A stretch of DNA of 45,040 nucleotides, filler included, from Sphacelaria rigidula (lineage: Eukaryota), in NCBI GenBank assembly GCA_964200075.2. It is 2 parts of 2 records of this genome, joined end to end, with 100 filler letters (N's around TTAATTAATTAA, not from the genome) between each part and the next. Parts side by side here need not be neighbours in the genome. Positions count along the whole stretch, not along the records: positions 1 to 22,479 come from CAXNAA020000331.1; 1 more part is not named here. One strand, written 5' to 3'. The notes below the pieces were generated by a model. It was not told the DNA's origin. It saw only the letters and a list, made by a program, of their open reading frames with translations, and did no database searches. A program made the position numbers and the translations under genes. This document shows positions 1-12,400 of the stretch, piece by piece; the first letter of the stretch is position 1, and every line of letters begins with the position of its first letter.

Positions 1-222
1 CGTCCCGACTTTGTAGGGATGCGAGGTCAACGGTCATATGACTATGGCATGCATGATCATGAGTACACCCACTCATTTCCAGAGTGTGTGCACTGGGGTC
101 CCTAGCAGTCAACTCGGGGATTGGACTCTCCCCCATCACCCTCTTTTGTTTTATACCGGAGGTAGGGTTTTCCTCTTCTTTCTTCAAATAAAGTGCGTCC
201 GACGGGAATCGAACCAGCGACC
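1..222 (-). mobile_element. tRNA-derived SINE-like fragment (head truncated, body runs off window start)
   Basis: The minus strand of ~190-222 reads GGTCGCTGGTTCGATTCCCGTCGGACGCA, a tRNA 3' half with a Pol III B-box. No 5' half or anticodon arm is present. Body segment 10-65 matches 15732-15787 at 49/56 nt, so it is a dispersed repeat. Confidence 0.55.
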
Positions 223-829
223 AACTTTTGTGACGATTAACAGTCAGCGCTGAGTGTACGGTAGTCTAATCGGTTGCCTGTAAATCGTCACAATCTCTTC
301 AACATGTTTTTCATTTACGCGGTGGTTATACTTTGTCTTTTGATCAGATAAGAAGCTCGATCATTCTCCCTTGCTGATAGCTTGATGAATCCTCGCTTGT
401 TGCTCTTTCCTCGTATTCACCAAAAGGCAAGTAGTGATTCCAGCTGAAGATTGATCCTAGCCAAACAAAGGAGTTAACACATGAGGCTTCCTTTCACTCA
501 CTTCTAACTACATCGAGGCGTTACCGCCTCGGGGCTAGCAGACACCATCCGATTCGTCTCTGGTCACACCTGTGACCCAAAACGAGCCTTAGAAAACAAT
601 CGCCCTACAAATTAGACCGGAGATCTGAGATCTCAGACAACTGTCGATCTACGATCCTGAGCAGGAGACGCGGGAACCGCCTCTTAACCTCATAAGATGA
701 TACGGCAAAGTCATCGATGATTCGGTGTCTCCACCACGAGCCGGTCGATCACCCGGGAGGCTCAGTTAGTATCCTCGAAGACCTCCTAACGGTTAGGTCT
801 GACTTCGATCCTGGGTGACGACATGTACA

Positions 830-859
830 TGTTGTTGTTGTTGTTGTTGTTGTTGTTGT
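830..859. repeat. (TTG)n microsatellite
   Basis: Direct reading; explains the poly-Q in ORF 793-1014. Confidence 0.95.
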
Positions 860-1749
860 CGTTCGTTGGGTTGGGTTTTGTTATCAATATGAATATTATT
901 ATCGTTACCATAATCATTATCATTATCATTACTACTATTTCGGGACATTATCTCGACCTCACGAACCCGCGGTCTCAGATGTAGCCTCGGCTTTTCAGTA
1001 ACGGTCACTGCCACTCCTTACATGAAATAGAGCGCTCATTGTTTCTTCTGAGACCCCCGAAACGGAGGAAAATGGCACAAATTTAAACAGTGACAAAGAG
1101 GCGTCAAGAAAACAGAGGAGGGGAAGCTTCCTCCCGAGGTGATCGAGGTGTGGTGAAATTTGAGGATTTTCTTTTTTCATGAAGTCATGCGTGGCTAGGA
1201 AGCCCCCCCCGCCCCCCCCTCCCCCAAATAAAAATAGCAGAGGAACATCTGACCCCAGCGATTGAAAAATAACACTCAAAAGTATGTTAGCGTAATAATC
1301 CCCGACCCTCCCACGCCTCAAAAGAGGGAAACTCAATCTGCTTTAAGAGCACAATGCTGCGTCGATACGCAAAAGCATAAACTACGTCTACATGCTAGCG
1401 AGCACTGAAATGAAGTGTATTCTTGATTGACGGATTCTTGTTCACTCGTATTCCGCATCACTGGTTCAATGCCCTTTCACTCGTCTTACCAGGAACAAGT
1501 GGCCTCCGGAATGTGCTTATCTGGGGACACAAGTGAGCCCCGACGGCAACAGCCGCAGGTGACCACGCCCAATTGATCAAACCCATAGTCGGTCTGATCA
1601 AATCTGATCAGACCCACAGTCCTCGTCCGAGATTCCCCTCAAACCAATCTCGAATGACAAACCTATGAGTCTGTGAAGGCATGGCGGTAAACAACTTTCA
1701 ATGTCATGACAGGAAAAGAAAAAAAAAGAATACCAGCGAGAGTGGGACG

Positions 1750-4700
1750 GCATCCCCAGGTATCCACAGAGAAATACACAAAAAAATGGCAGACGTACTA
1801 GTCACTATACCTCGCGACCGTCAAGTTGATACGTTTCGGCGACAATCGATAGACACAAAGGGAACTACAGCGGTAACACAGCCGACAGTTCCTTGGAATG
1901 GTGCGCCTTGGTCTAGGTTTTCACCCCAGCCGCTTCCACTACGAAGCGGTACCATTTGGATACATTTTGGCAAGTTGCGTCCACGCTTTCGCGTCTTTTC
2001 CGAAGTCTGAGCAGTACTCCCTGGCACTATGTTGTCGTCGGCGCTCGTGGGTCGGCCTGCCGTCCTATTCCCTCAGAACAGGTTTCCACACATGAAGATG
2101 TTGGGGAGGCGCTCGTCGTGCATGTGCACGACGTGGCCGGTGTGTGGGAGGATACGCCTGATTACGGTAGCCCCGATGTACTCGCAGCCAATTCTTCCGA
2201 GGACCTCACGGTGAGTGATCCGCGATAGCCTCCCCCCCCAAAAAAAACCAGCCCCAACTTGTCACGAAGAATATGGCCGTACTGCGCGTGATAGCTGGTT
2301 TCAGACTGCATTATGCGCCTCATATGGGCGAGTGTGACGAATATGATCTCAAGCATGGGAGCTCTCAGCTACTAAGTGTGCTCGACTTTTGTCATCTTGG
2401 TTTACATGCAGATTTTGCTCTTCAAACCAGCCACTTTACTGGGGGGGGCTATCGCCGCATCGGTCCGGTATGGCAACATGTGGTTGTCGGGAGCGCTGTG
2501 GGTTAAGGTATGCTTGTTGAGGCACCTCGGCAGTAACCCGCGGAGACTTTCCCGCAGCGTGCCGAACTTGTTGGCCGCGATTTTCTAGGTCACGCAACCA
2601 TACAGCACGATCTCGATCGCTTCTGCCTTCAGGGGATGAACCTGTTCAACCACGGCCATGTACGGGTTGTCGTATACCGCTCTCCTGTGCTTGTTGAAGC
2701 ACTTCCAGGCACCAGCGCAGCTGTAGACCTCAGCAATGACATCGCCGCTGCTGCTGATCATACCACCGAGGTAGACGAAAGAGCCAATTTGCTTGTACCT
2801 TTGACCTGCCGTCTCCCCGTCGACCACATCCGCCTTCATGTTTGGGGAGCGTATATGTATGGTTTACGCCTTCTTTTCCGCCAAGACGAGACTGACGCCC
2901 CACAGATTCCGACGATGATCGTCATCATCTTTGCCATGCTTAGTTCAGGCCACGAGACGATACCAACGTCTTCGGCGTTATGGCATGACCCAGAGAACTT
3001 TGCAAAGTTTGTCCCTGGTCCTCCCGCCCCTTGCAGTGATGTAAATGAAGGCCTTCGCCACGGCTTTTACTGGTCGAGAAGTAAACAACCGTCATCGTCA
3101 GCACCGCCGCGAAGAAGATGCTGAACAAAGTGGGAAAAAACGCACAGACTTGGCGGAGGCCTTGGTTAACGTCAAACGACTGAGAAGCCTTGCCGCTGTC
3201 AAGGCGTACGCATACCCGCGGAACTGGCGGATGGTTGATATCAACTTTGGAGTGCCATATAGTGCTAGCACCTCTCAGAGAAGAGAGTGGTCGACTGAGT
3301 CGTACGCCTTCTGGGGGTCGATGAAGCATACGTAGAGCAGGAGGTGCTTTCCTCTGGCCAGTTCTTGAAGACTGCGCAAATTGAACATCATGTAGACTGT
3401 CGTACGGCGGGGTCGGAAGCTGCATTGAGCTTCTGGTAGGATTCCCTTCCACCCACAGTAGGCGCTAAGACGAGTCGCAACTATCTCAAAATCCACCGTG
3501 CCTGCGTACCCCTAGCAAAATACCGCGTAGTTGCCGCACTCGTGCGGGACTTATTTCTTGAACGGTAACTTAATGACGGTGTTTTCCCATTTTCCTGGGG
3601 CGCTACTCCCTGGCGCCACACTGTGACCACGATGTTGTGGAAGCACTTTAGTAGCAGAGTCTTCAGTGAGGCCGAGCTTCCATGGTTCACCACTTAGGTT
3701 TTCTGACCCAACGGCCTCGCCGGTCGCAAGTTTGCCTACTGGCTGCTTCCTTCACTTCTCCCATCGAGGGCTCGATCGCAAGCGGTGCGTGCTCCGGCAT
3801 CTGTCCGATGAGATCGATGACAGCGGGGGGTCGAGAGCGGGGGGTCGAGCGTAGTCGAGATTGCGTCACGTTTCAACCACTCTTTTCGCCACTATAGGAT
3901 GGCTTGCTTGTCCCGCACGAACTCACCTGCTGCGCTCCTAATTTATTATAGGTTGCGCCGCATCCCTTTTCCCTTTCGATTCCAAAGACCTGACGTTGTG
4001 ATGGTACAGATCTGCCTGGGCCTTCTTGCCGCTGAACTCCACTATGCTGACGGTGAACTCGTGTACGCAGTTGTGGAATCCAGCGTTCTTTAGCAACCGC
4101 TTGAGTAGATGGAACGAGTATACACACACGCGGACACACGCGCTACTACACTTGTTGTTTGCGCCGGCATTCCACCTGTCTAGATTTTAGTTCCAGTTGG
4201 GTCGCGAGACTTCGGCCTTGACCACGGACGTGCCCTTCGGAAAGTTTGAAAATTTGGGATGTTTGCTACGGTTCTGGGCAGCCAACTCGAACCGAACACA
4301 AGTGTTTTCTCTCACCTCTTCTTTCTGCACTCACGGGATGACCGGGAGCCGTGGCCCACAAAATTGATGATGCGGCGGTACTGCAACATCTCGTCGGGCT
4401 GCAAAGAGGTTTCGCAGCCGTTTTTGCGGACAATGACGGAAAGAGAGAGGTCAAGAGACTCTTGTATACTACAGTAGTGGATGCAGAAACATGCGGGAGG
4501 ATTGACCCGAACGTCATCCCGCCGCAATCAATTCTGGGAGCGACTGCTTCACGATGTCCTGGTGGTGCAGCAACTTCGTGCGATGCTGACTCTCGCCGTA
4601 CGTTACCTACTCGATCTTCTCCGCCTCAGGCCTTGATCTTTCATTTCCATGAACGATGATGATACTAGTGATATATAATATGTATCTTCGCTGTCAAGTC

Positions 4701-4760
4701 GGAGTTTGTCAACCAGCGGTGGAATAAAATTGGCCAGTCGCAGCGCCAAAGCTCCGGGTG
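1750..4760 (-). mobile_element. Degenerate RTE-like non-LTR retrotransposon (reverse transcriptase relic)
   Basis: Collinear RT motifs across frameshifted ORFs: GILPEAQCSFRPRRTT, VCFIDPQKAYDSVD (3275-3496), QGLRQVCAFFPTLFSIFF, a broken YADD-like site (~2965-2985), SFVYLGG and VLYGCVT (2585-2839). Boundaries are approximate. Confidence 0.88.
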
Positions 4761-5325
4761 CGAGAAGAAGCTCTGAGGAGTGGCGGATGCAATGTGTCTC
4801 CTAGAGGGCACACAACAAACACCTAGAAGTGTAGCCCATATATATCAAGTCTTGGTACTAAGTTTACTACCACCGTAAAACAGAGAGTAGTAATAGTGTA
4901 TCATCACGGTAGCACCTACACTACAACACTCTCACCAGTCAACAACAGCCAGCTAGGAACGAAGGGTTGATTGCGCTCAAAATCACAGTGTTGTGTGTGC
5001 TGCCGGATGTAAGTTTTCTGTGAGGCCAGCGCCAGCTCCGTGTTGATGTCATATATATATGGACCGTGAAACCGTAAAGGAGCATCAAGTATGCCAAGAT
5101 AGTTTGTATACTACTACGCTGATGTCTCCTTCACGCCTGGAGACGAGAACACGTAAATTGGGTACAAAAATCGCAGCGGGAGATACATTTTCGAGGCTGC
5201 CAAAGAGAAGCAGGAAGGGGTTGTGACTGCGGGATAACTTCAAAATGGACACCTACCTGCTTGGATCACGGAGGAACAATCCATTTCTGTACAAGCACCT
5301 ATTATACTCCATACTAGATGCTACC

Positions 5326-5412
5326 AGAGGTATCTCGAACTCGAGGTTCCCGGTATATTTGACTGGACGTTACTGTGAAACATACCAGGAATCTCGAGTT
5401 TGAGATACCTCT
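5326..5412. repeat. ~87-nt hairpin element (mini-MITE-like), copy 1
   Basis: AGAGGTATCTCGAACTCGAGGTTCCCGGTAT ... ATACCAGGAATCTCGAGTTTGAGATACCTCT forms a long imperfect inverted repeat. Confidence 0.7.
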
Positions 5413-6338
5413 ACTATCGTAGTGTCAACGTCCCAAACGACTCGCCAAAGTGTGAATGGACTGAAATAAGTCCATTGTTGGAGGTAGTGGATGGAGATCA
5501 CATGTATCGAAGAAATGACTTTTTGGAGAAGTCACAACATTCTTGAGAGCTCCAGAAGGCCCCCTCCAAAAGTCATGCCACAAAGACTTAAGATGACATG
5601 AAGCTTGCATGAAGGCGAAGGCTATGACATAACCCTTGTCTTTGGCATAACGTTTGGTCTCCTCCTATCGAATTCTGCAGTTGCCGCCGTATCTCTGATC
5701 ACGGACACATTGCAGATCTTATTGTTGGCTCGCCTTCTCCGGCCTGAGGAGGCCACTCCCCCCAGCCCACGTTGATTTTTACTCTCTGATATGGCCCAAG
5801 GTGTCACTCGCAACGTACCTAGTGGCTGACTCTCGAATGCTTATTGCCAGCGCCACGGCGTAAACAGAACACACAGAGCAGGCTCTCCGGAGTGCTGGGT
5901 TTCAGTCCTAATTTTTCAGACTTTTCCAAATATTGACCCTTACATCCGATGCGGATAGTCCATCTGGAGTAGACTTTTTTCAAGTGGAATTGATGCCGAT
6001 TCATTAGGAAACCTCCCCTCGCGGTCAAATGGCTGCGTAAGCTTCGGAGAAAAAACCAAGCCGCTTCATCCTCGGAAAAGTCTGAACGCAGAACCCGAAA
6101 AGTCTAAAACATTCAGAGATATCCGAAAAACGGTACCGATAGTAATGGGCCTCAGACCGTGTGTGTCTTGTCAAGACAGGAGAAGAAGCGAGGAAAGAAA
6201 CAAGCTTCCGAAAGTGGGACGTTGATTGATTGTCGGGTGGGTCTATGGTTGGGGCGACTAATCAACTCGGTGCTTATTTTGGACGCACATTTTATTGTAG
6301 GCTTTTTTTTCCTGTCTCAATGAGACAAGGTCGTAATT

Positions 6339-6427
6339 ATAGGTGTATCGAACTCGAGGTTCATATATATTTGTCTCCAATTTCTTACTGTAAAATATAG
6401 AGGGAATATGGAGTTTGAGATATCTCT
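6339..6427. repeat. ~87-nt hairpin element, diverged copy 2
   Basis: Shares TCGAACTCGAGGTTC, TTACTGT and GAGTTTGAGATA with 5326-5412. Confidence 0.6.
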
Positions 6428-6999
6428 AATGCATTGTGCGGTGAAAATTTATCGCATGTCTTGGTGGTGCGCTCACTTGCCTAAGAGGCGGGCGAGGTAT
6501 AAAATAAAATGGTGCGAAGAAGGCTTCGCGACGGGTACACGAACAAAATGGCCCATTTTTTCCCGCTCGAAGGTGAAACTTACTCGGATTTTGAGGATGA
6601 TCGCTCACAAATTGAAGCACTTTTTCTGTCCACAAAACCCGCCAGTCCCCACCGTTTTGGAACAACCAACTGCACATTATTGTCAGCTGCTGTCTCCTCC
6701 TAAATGAACAAGGAGGCAAGAACGTGACAGTGAATCAATATGCCAACCAACGAACAACCACTGCTACACCACCCTCTCCATTACCCATCTCCTGCCTCTC
6801 CGGATTCAGAATGAAGCCACTGCAGGACTACAATAATGGACCTCGCGCTTATGTAAATTCAAGTGAGATCTAGTAAGAATCACCCACCCGCACCGACATC
6901 TCCCTACAGTAACTGCAATACATTCAGTCAGAGACAAAAGCAAGTTGAAAATAGAACTCAAGATCCACAAATAATTCTGGTCAAGAAAAATGGTGAATT

Positions 7000-7150
7000 T
7001 TAGACAACACAGCACCCCCCGGAAAACGAAAGGAGCTGAGACGATTGAGCAGTAACAGCAACGACGCACAGTACAGTACAGTAGTAGCAACAAAACAGCG
7101 GCAGCAAACCAGCAACAGCAGCACCCTAAAAGCAGCTCACCTGTTCGTCG
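7000..7150 (+). other. Probable non-coding 5' UTR exon of the RWP-RK gene (start undefined)
   Basis: A strong donor CG|GTGAGT at 7151 follows C/A-rich sequence, and an acceptor TTTGAGCAG ends at 9040 upstream of the ATG. An in-frame TAA at 7053-7055 with no later ATG makes the exon non-coding. Confidence 0.4.
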
Positions 7151-9137
7151 GTGAGTTGTTATGTCGAAGCGCAATGGCGTGTGTGCACAAATATGCATTG
7201 TATGAGGAGTGTGACATGCGCAGTCAAGAGAGAGGTGCTACCCCTCCTGCGCATGTTTTCTTGAGTCTATTTTATGTGGTTCGCTGTGTATTGTGTGCCA
7301 CTAAAAGTGCAAAGTGCAAAGGTTGTTGTGTGGGTCTTATGCTACACCGAGATTGCCAGTGCACGGACGGTGAAAAGTAGCGGCCACGAGGCCTGGAGCA
7401 CAGTCCCTTCCCGACGTGGTTCCAGAGCTCAAGTGTGGGCGTGCTTACATCAAGCGACCGCTGCCTCGTGCCACCTATATTCACTTGTTGTCGGTATGGG
7501 ATGACGCCTTTCTGCCTCCAGATGACTAAAGTCGGTATCATACCTCAATTTTTCAAGCGACATGAATTTCCCCGGCGTTCTGTGAGTGTGTAAGTGTCCC
7601 CAGGGTTCCTTCCTACCGGACGGGTACGGACAGAACATTTCTGAGACACATCAAGACGTTACGTTTCCTTTTTACGCGTTGGGTGACTGGGGTCACGGCC
7701 CACCATGTCCCGAAGATGTTGCACAGAGTATTTGTCGTACAATGGGTACGCCCACTCTAGCTGTCCGTTGGTACGGTGGTTGGCCATATGTATCTTCCCT
7801 CAATTTCGTGTCGAGATGCGCACCTGCCGCACACGATAGCTGTAGAAGCTTGTGGGGGGCACAACTGTGTCGTTGCCTTGGGTTCGAGAACACAATACAA
7901 TTATGTAGGTACTGACCGTTTTAACGTACAGTTCGATGCCGCCCGTCGTCCAACTCCACCAAAAACTTGTTGGAATATAAAAAATCAACTCTTCTTTTCT
8001 CCCGGAAGCGAGCGCAGGAGCAAACTACGCACACGCAAACGGTGGCACACTTTTTTATGCACCAGCAGGAGCTGACACATCATGGCAACCTTGTCTACAA
8101 TAGTTTAGCGCCGTACACAGAAAGCACCGCACCGTATATATGCAACGAAGTACCGAACCCGCCCGCTGCAGCTGGTTTCATAACTGTACTATCGGCAGAA
8201 AACTGCATGACAATCCTTGATGTGAGCACCGTGGAAAAGCTGGGGGTGTGACTCGATCAAAAGTCGCACCGTGCGGGTACGTGTCCTCGCAACCATTGAG
8301 TACTGAATAGTCTCGGCTGAAAGTGACCTTTGGCGGTGGTGTACAACGGTACACACAAAAGAGTAGTTGTGTAATGGCGATACCCGCAGATCATCTCCTT
8401 CGAGGACCGACAAACATCACAAGGCGGACATGTCATGACGTCCGGCAAGAGACCAACGCGCGGGCATGACAATACTTTTCTGACTCTTCAAGTACAAACT
8501 TTCGTAATTGACTCGCGTCCTCCCTCCTCCGTCATTTCAATAATTTGGTCTGGATTCATGATGAGATTGATCGCTTGCAGAACAGTGCAGAATTATATAA
8601 GCTGTTGGTTGCCAATCTCTATCCGGATTCACAGAACACATGATGATTTTCACTTTTTCCCCCATATCATGCACCATCCCACCCTCTACACTCTCTCTCA
8701 CTCGTGTTTTATGTAGGATTTGAGAAAAAAAAAATTGATACATGTATGCATGTACCCAAACATAACGGCAAAAAGAGAATCCTCTCTGTGGCATATATAT
8801 TTTTCCTATTCCTATTCAAAAAGGAAATGGAACACGAACAAACCCGTAGAATATACTCCTGTACCGCCCTCTCCCATCTCGGACTTGCGTTTTTTTTTTT
8901 GCGCAGCCCAGAGCCCACCTCACAAAACCCTCCAATTTTGCACACTCATCAACCATTAGTATCCAACACCACCAGCTCACCCTTCCTTTACAACTCTACC
9001 GTACTCTCTGTCGTGTATATTTTGTGGCTCCTTTGAGCAGACCACACGACCGCTGGCGAAAACGCGCCCCCACTCAGCTAAGCGCAACCGCCACCAAAGC
9101 AGCACAGATCCGAAACGACCACGACGAATTATCCAGG

Positions 9138-9437
9138 ATGTTCAGCATTAGTCAGGGGCCTGTGAGCAATGCCGAGGAGCTCCACCCACCCCCTCGTGAT
9201 GGCGGCGGAATGTATGGCAGACCACAGCACCAACAGCAAAGTTTGCCGCCGCCAGCGCGGGCTCACTTTCTCTGTGCCGGCCCGGAGCCTCTTAACATTC
9301 CAGACAGTCCACCCAAGCTGTCCCGAAGGCCGCCCAAGAAGGGAAACAAACGTGAGACGCTTTCGGACATTGCACGTCGTGTTCCTGTGGAGGTAATTCG
9401 ACCTTACTTCAATTATCCGCTGAGACGGGCAGCTGAG
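9138..9437 (+). CDS. RWP-RK gene coding exon 1
   Basis: ATG at 9138; MFSISQGP...YFNYPLRRAAE; donor GTGAGT at 9438. Confidence 0.85.
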
Positions 9438-12400
9438 GTGAGTTGCGATTGTGCTGTACAAACGGGTGACTACAACAGGGAAACCTCAGTATGCTCTCGG
9501 GTCTAGGAAAAATGTCTGTTCGTGAAACATGCACTCGTGTTTTCGGCCCTCCTCACCTGCACCTGCCTCAATCATACTGCACTAAGTGCAATGCACTACA
9601 TCGTATGCATACGGTCGGGTGGGGAGGGACGCGGAGACATATGTTTCTCCCGTCTTTACCCTGTTGGTGTAAGCTATCGTGTGTTCACTCCCCCGTTTGT
9701 GTTTTTTCAAGTTTATATTGGTTTTGTTACGGCAGAACAGACGGACAGCGGCATACGGCTCCTGTCGGCATTGTTGTTTTTTGTACAGAGTCCTGCATTC
9801 AGTACATTCGCGCTTCTGGAGCGCCACTTCGCCTCAACTATCTATATATATATCCGTGCCTGCAGTGGCTTATGTCGGCGCGTAAGACCTACACAGCACA
9901 CAATTACATCGCAAGGTAAATGACTTCTCATGGCGAACACGCAACGCACACTGGTCCCCGGTTAGTCCGTGCCGCCTACCGTGTCACACCATCCCACGAA
10001 ACCTCACTTGACGTTGATATTTTCGAAAGCTGTTTATTCTGTGTTCCGTCGTAAGTTTTGAAACAAACAGCCATGATGCCGTCTGATGGCCATCCCTCAC
10101 TGAGATACCGTCTGATGACCATCGCTCACTGTCTGCAATCGTATATGTCTGCATTTCTTGCTTCTTTGCAGACAACCTCAGTCCACGTCCCCCAGATATG
10201 ACACCGACCGTTGTTCGCTTGCTTGCCAACTCCACCACGAGAGGAATATTTTCGACATAATCCACCAGAGCGCTCATCAACCCAACCCGACAGGGTCACT
10301 CACTCCCGCTCTTTCTTTGTTCTACTCCCTGTACGTCCATGATCTGTGATGCAGGTTCATGTATCTCGTAGTCTCTCTTTGCTATTTTGTCAAGGCATAT
10401 GCAGTAGGCGTACGTGGCTGCATCGCATCATGTGCAGCAATAAAAGTACCAGTTCGCGGGGAATGTACACCAAATCAAAATACTCTCTATTCATGAGGTC
10501 CGGGCCTCTTTCACACACATTCCGCGACCATGATGTCGATGAAGCTCGGGTTTCTGTGCTCCAGGTTTTGCCGTCGTGGTCTAACGACGGCAGTGAGATT
10601 CGCGACCTCACCTGTGCTGCTGTTTTCCTGTACTCAACTTGGAAAAATCGTACCCCCTTGAGTTTCGCACACTTTTTTTTGCCGTTTTTCAACCAGAGAT
10701 GAGAAAAAAAAAAAAAGGGCACCCACCCCATGTGTTTTTATGAGCATCTCCCAGAAAACGACCGATGCTGTCTAATGAATGATTATCCGTCAAAGAGAGA
10801 TTCTTCGAAAAGGCCATGTACATGTCTTTCCACGAATTTATACAAAGACTGTTGTGGAAAGACCGATGGCGACGCCTTTTCAGGGCAGCAGCGTACCGTT
10901 CAAAGCCGACACAGAACGAATACTTGTACCCATTCTCACTCAGCTCTCGCACAGGAAAAAAATTGCGTCCCCACCAACTGAATTGTCCCGCCCAACTTCA
11001 AACGAAATATATCTGCAGTGCTCTGAATAGGCATCCCTGCGATCTCAGGGAATGAAAAGCAGTCGCCCGATTGGTGTTGGTCTCGCTGTCTTGGGGCAAC
11101 TTGCTAGCTCTCATGACCGACCGTTGAAAACCCCGCCTCACCCGTTGACTTCGCCCTAGAGTACAGGCAGCTTACATGTGAAGCAGCCATCTTGGGCCTG
11201 CAAGCTCAACACGTTGAAGATATTATTCTGTTTATATCTCCTAGTCGTTTTTTGAAACACAGGCTGGAGACGGAATTCACTGAATTTGATTGTTAATACT
11301 GAAAGACTCCGTGCAATTGCTTGCCCCCATTCTCTCCGGCGGAACGGTGCTGTCGTTGTACTGCACACGATCATGACGACAGGCTCTGTGTATATCAGTC
11401 ACTACACTCAAAAGACTATGCCGTCGCCATGGGGTTAAGCGATGGCCACACCGACAGCTCAGCGGGCTAAACCGGGCGGTATCCCACCTCGAAGCCAAGC
11501 GCCTGGCCCTCAAGGACGGCCCCAGCGATCCCATCATCGCAGACCAGCTTCGCCAGCTTTACGCACGGCGGAATGTGATCATTGACGTGAGTCCAGTGAT
11601 GTTCATGTCTCAGCCGATAACTTTTGATCTCATCTCATCCCGTTGTGCATATTTCGGTCATTTATTTCGATTGTGAAAAATCGGCTGCCTGCTGTACAGT
11701 CTCCCGCGAGTGCAGATACATGAAGAAAAACGTTTTCGTTGTTCTTACCATCTACGTCCGAAAGTACTGTACCTCGAAATCGAATCCCGTAGAAAAAGGA
11801 AGCTAGGCAGGAGGGTGCACCTTGACAAACTGCCTGCTGGCATCGGTGTGCACGTACACCAACTGCAAGATACATTTTTTACACTACTACAACTTAAGGT
11901 CTGCAAGTCCCGTCTATGAAAATCTGCCGTTTTATGTAGGACGTGAAGGCTGCCGCAACGACATTCATACTACAAGGTTATGGTTCGTCAACGAGTACAA
12001 CCTGTGAGGATGAGCAGATTATTTATCCTACAGCGACTTCGTGTGAGCAATGGTACCCACCATGAGTATCTCACACGCGAGATACCCGGAATATGTAGCA
12101 GTAATTTACGTTTGAATATTCCGGGGACCTCGAGTCTGATGTGTGTACTAATCCCAGCTCCTGGAGCTGCGAAGGCCCTGGAAACAAACGTGAGGAGCTT
12201 TCATCCATCACCTCAAGGAAATCAGATACTTCGATCAAAGTAAAATGCATGGTCAATGACGTGTGCCCATCGGTGCCTTTTGGGGCAAAAATGGTTCTCG
12301 GAATTATTCAGGAGCATGTTTTCTCAATACAGCACAAACGTTTTGCTGTGGTTCTACCAGTTGCCTCGAATATTAACTGATATTCCCTCATTTCCACCCC

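Noticed and set aside
190..222. tRNA gene
   Set aside because: Only the T-arm and acceptor 3' half are present; no D-arm or anticodon arm.
300..822. Possible solo LTR ending in ...GACGACA with short palindromes
   Set aside because: No second copy, TSD, PBS or PPT is visible in the window, so it cannot be supported.
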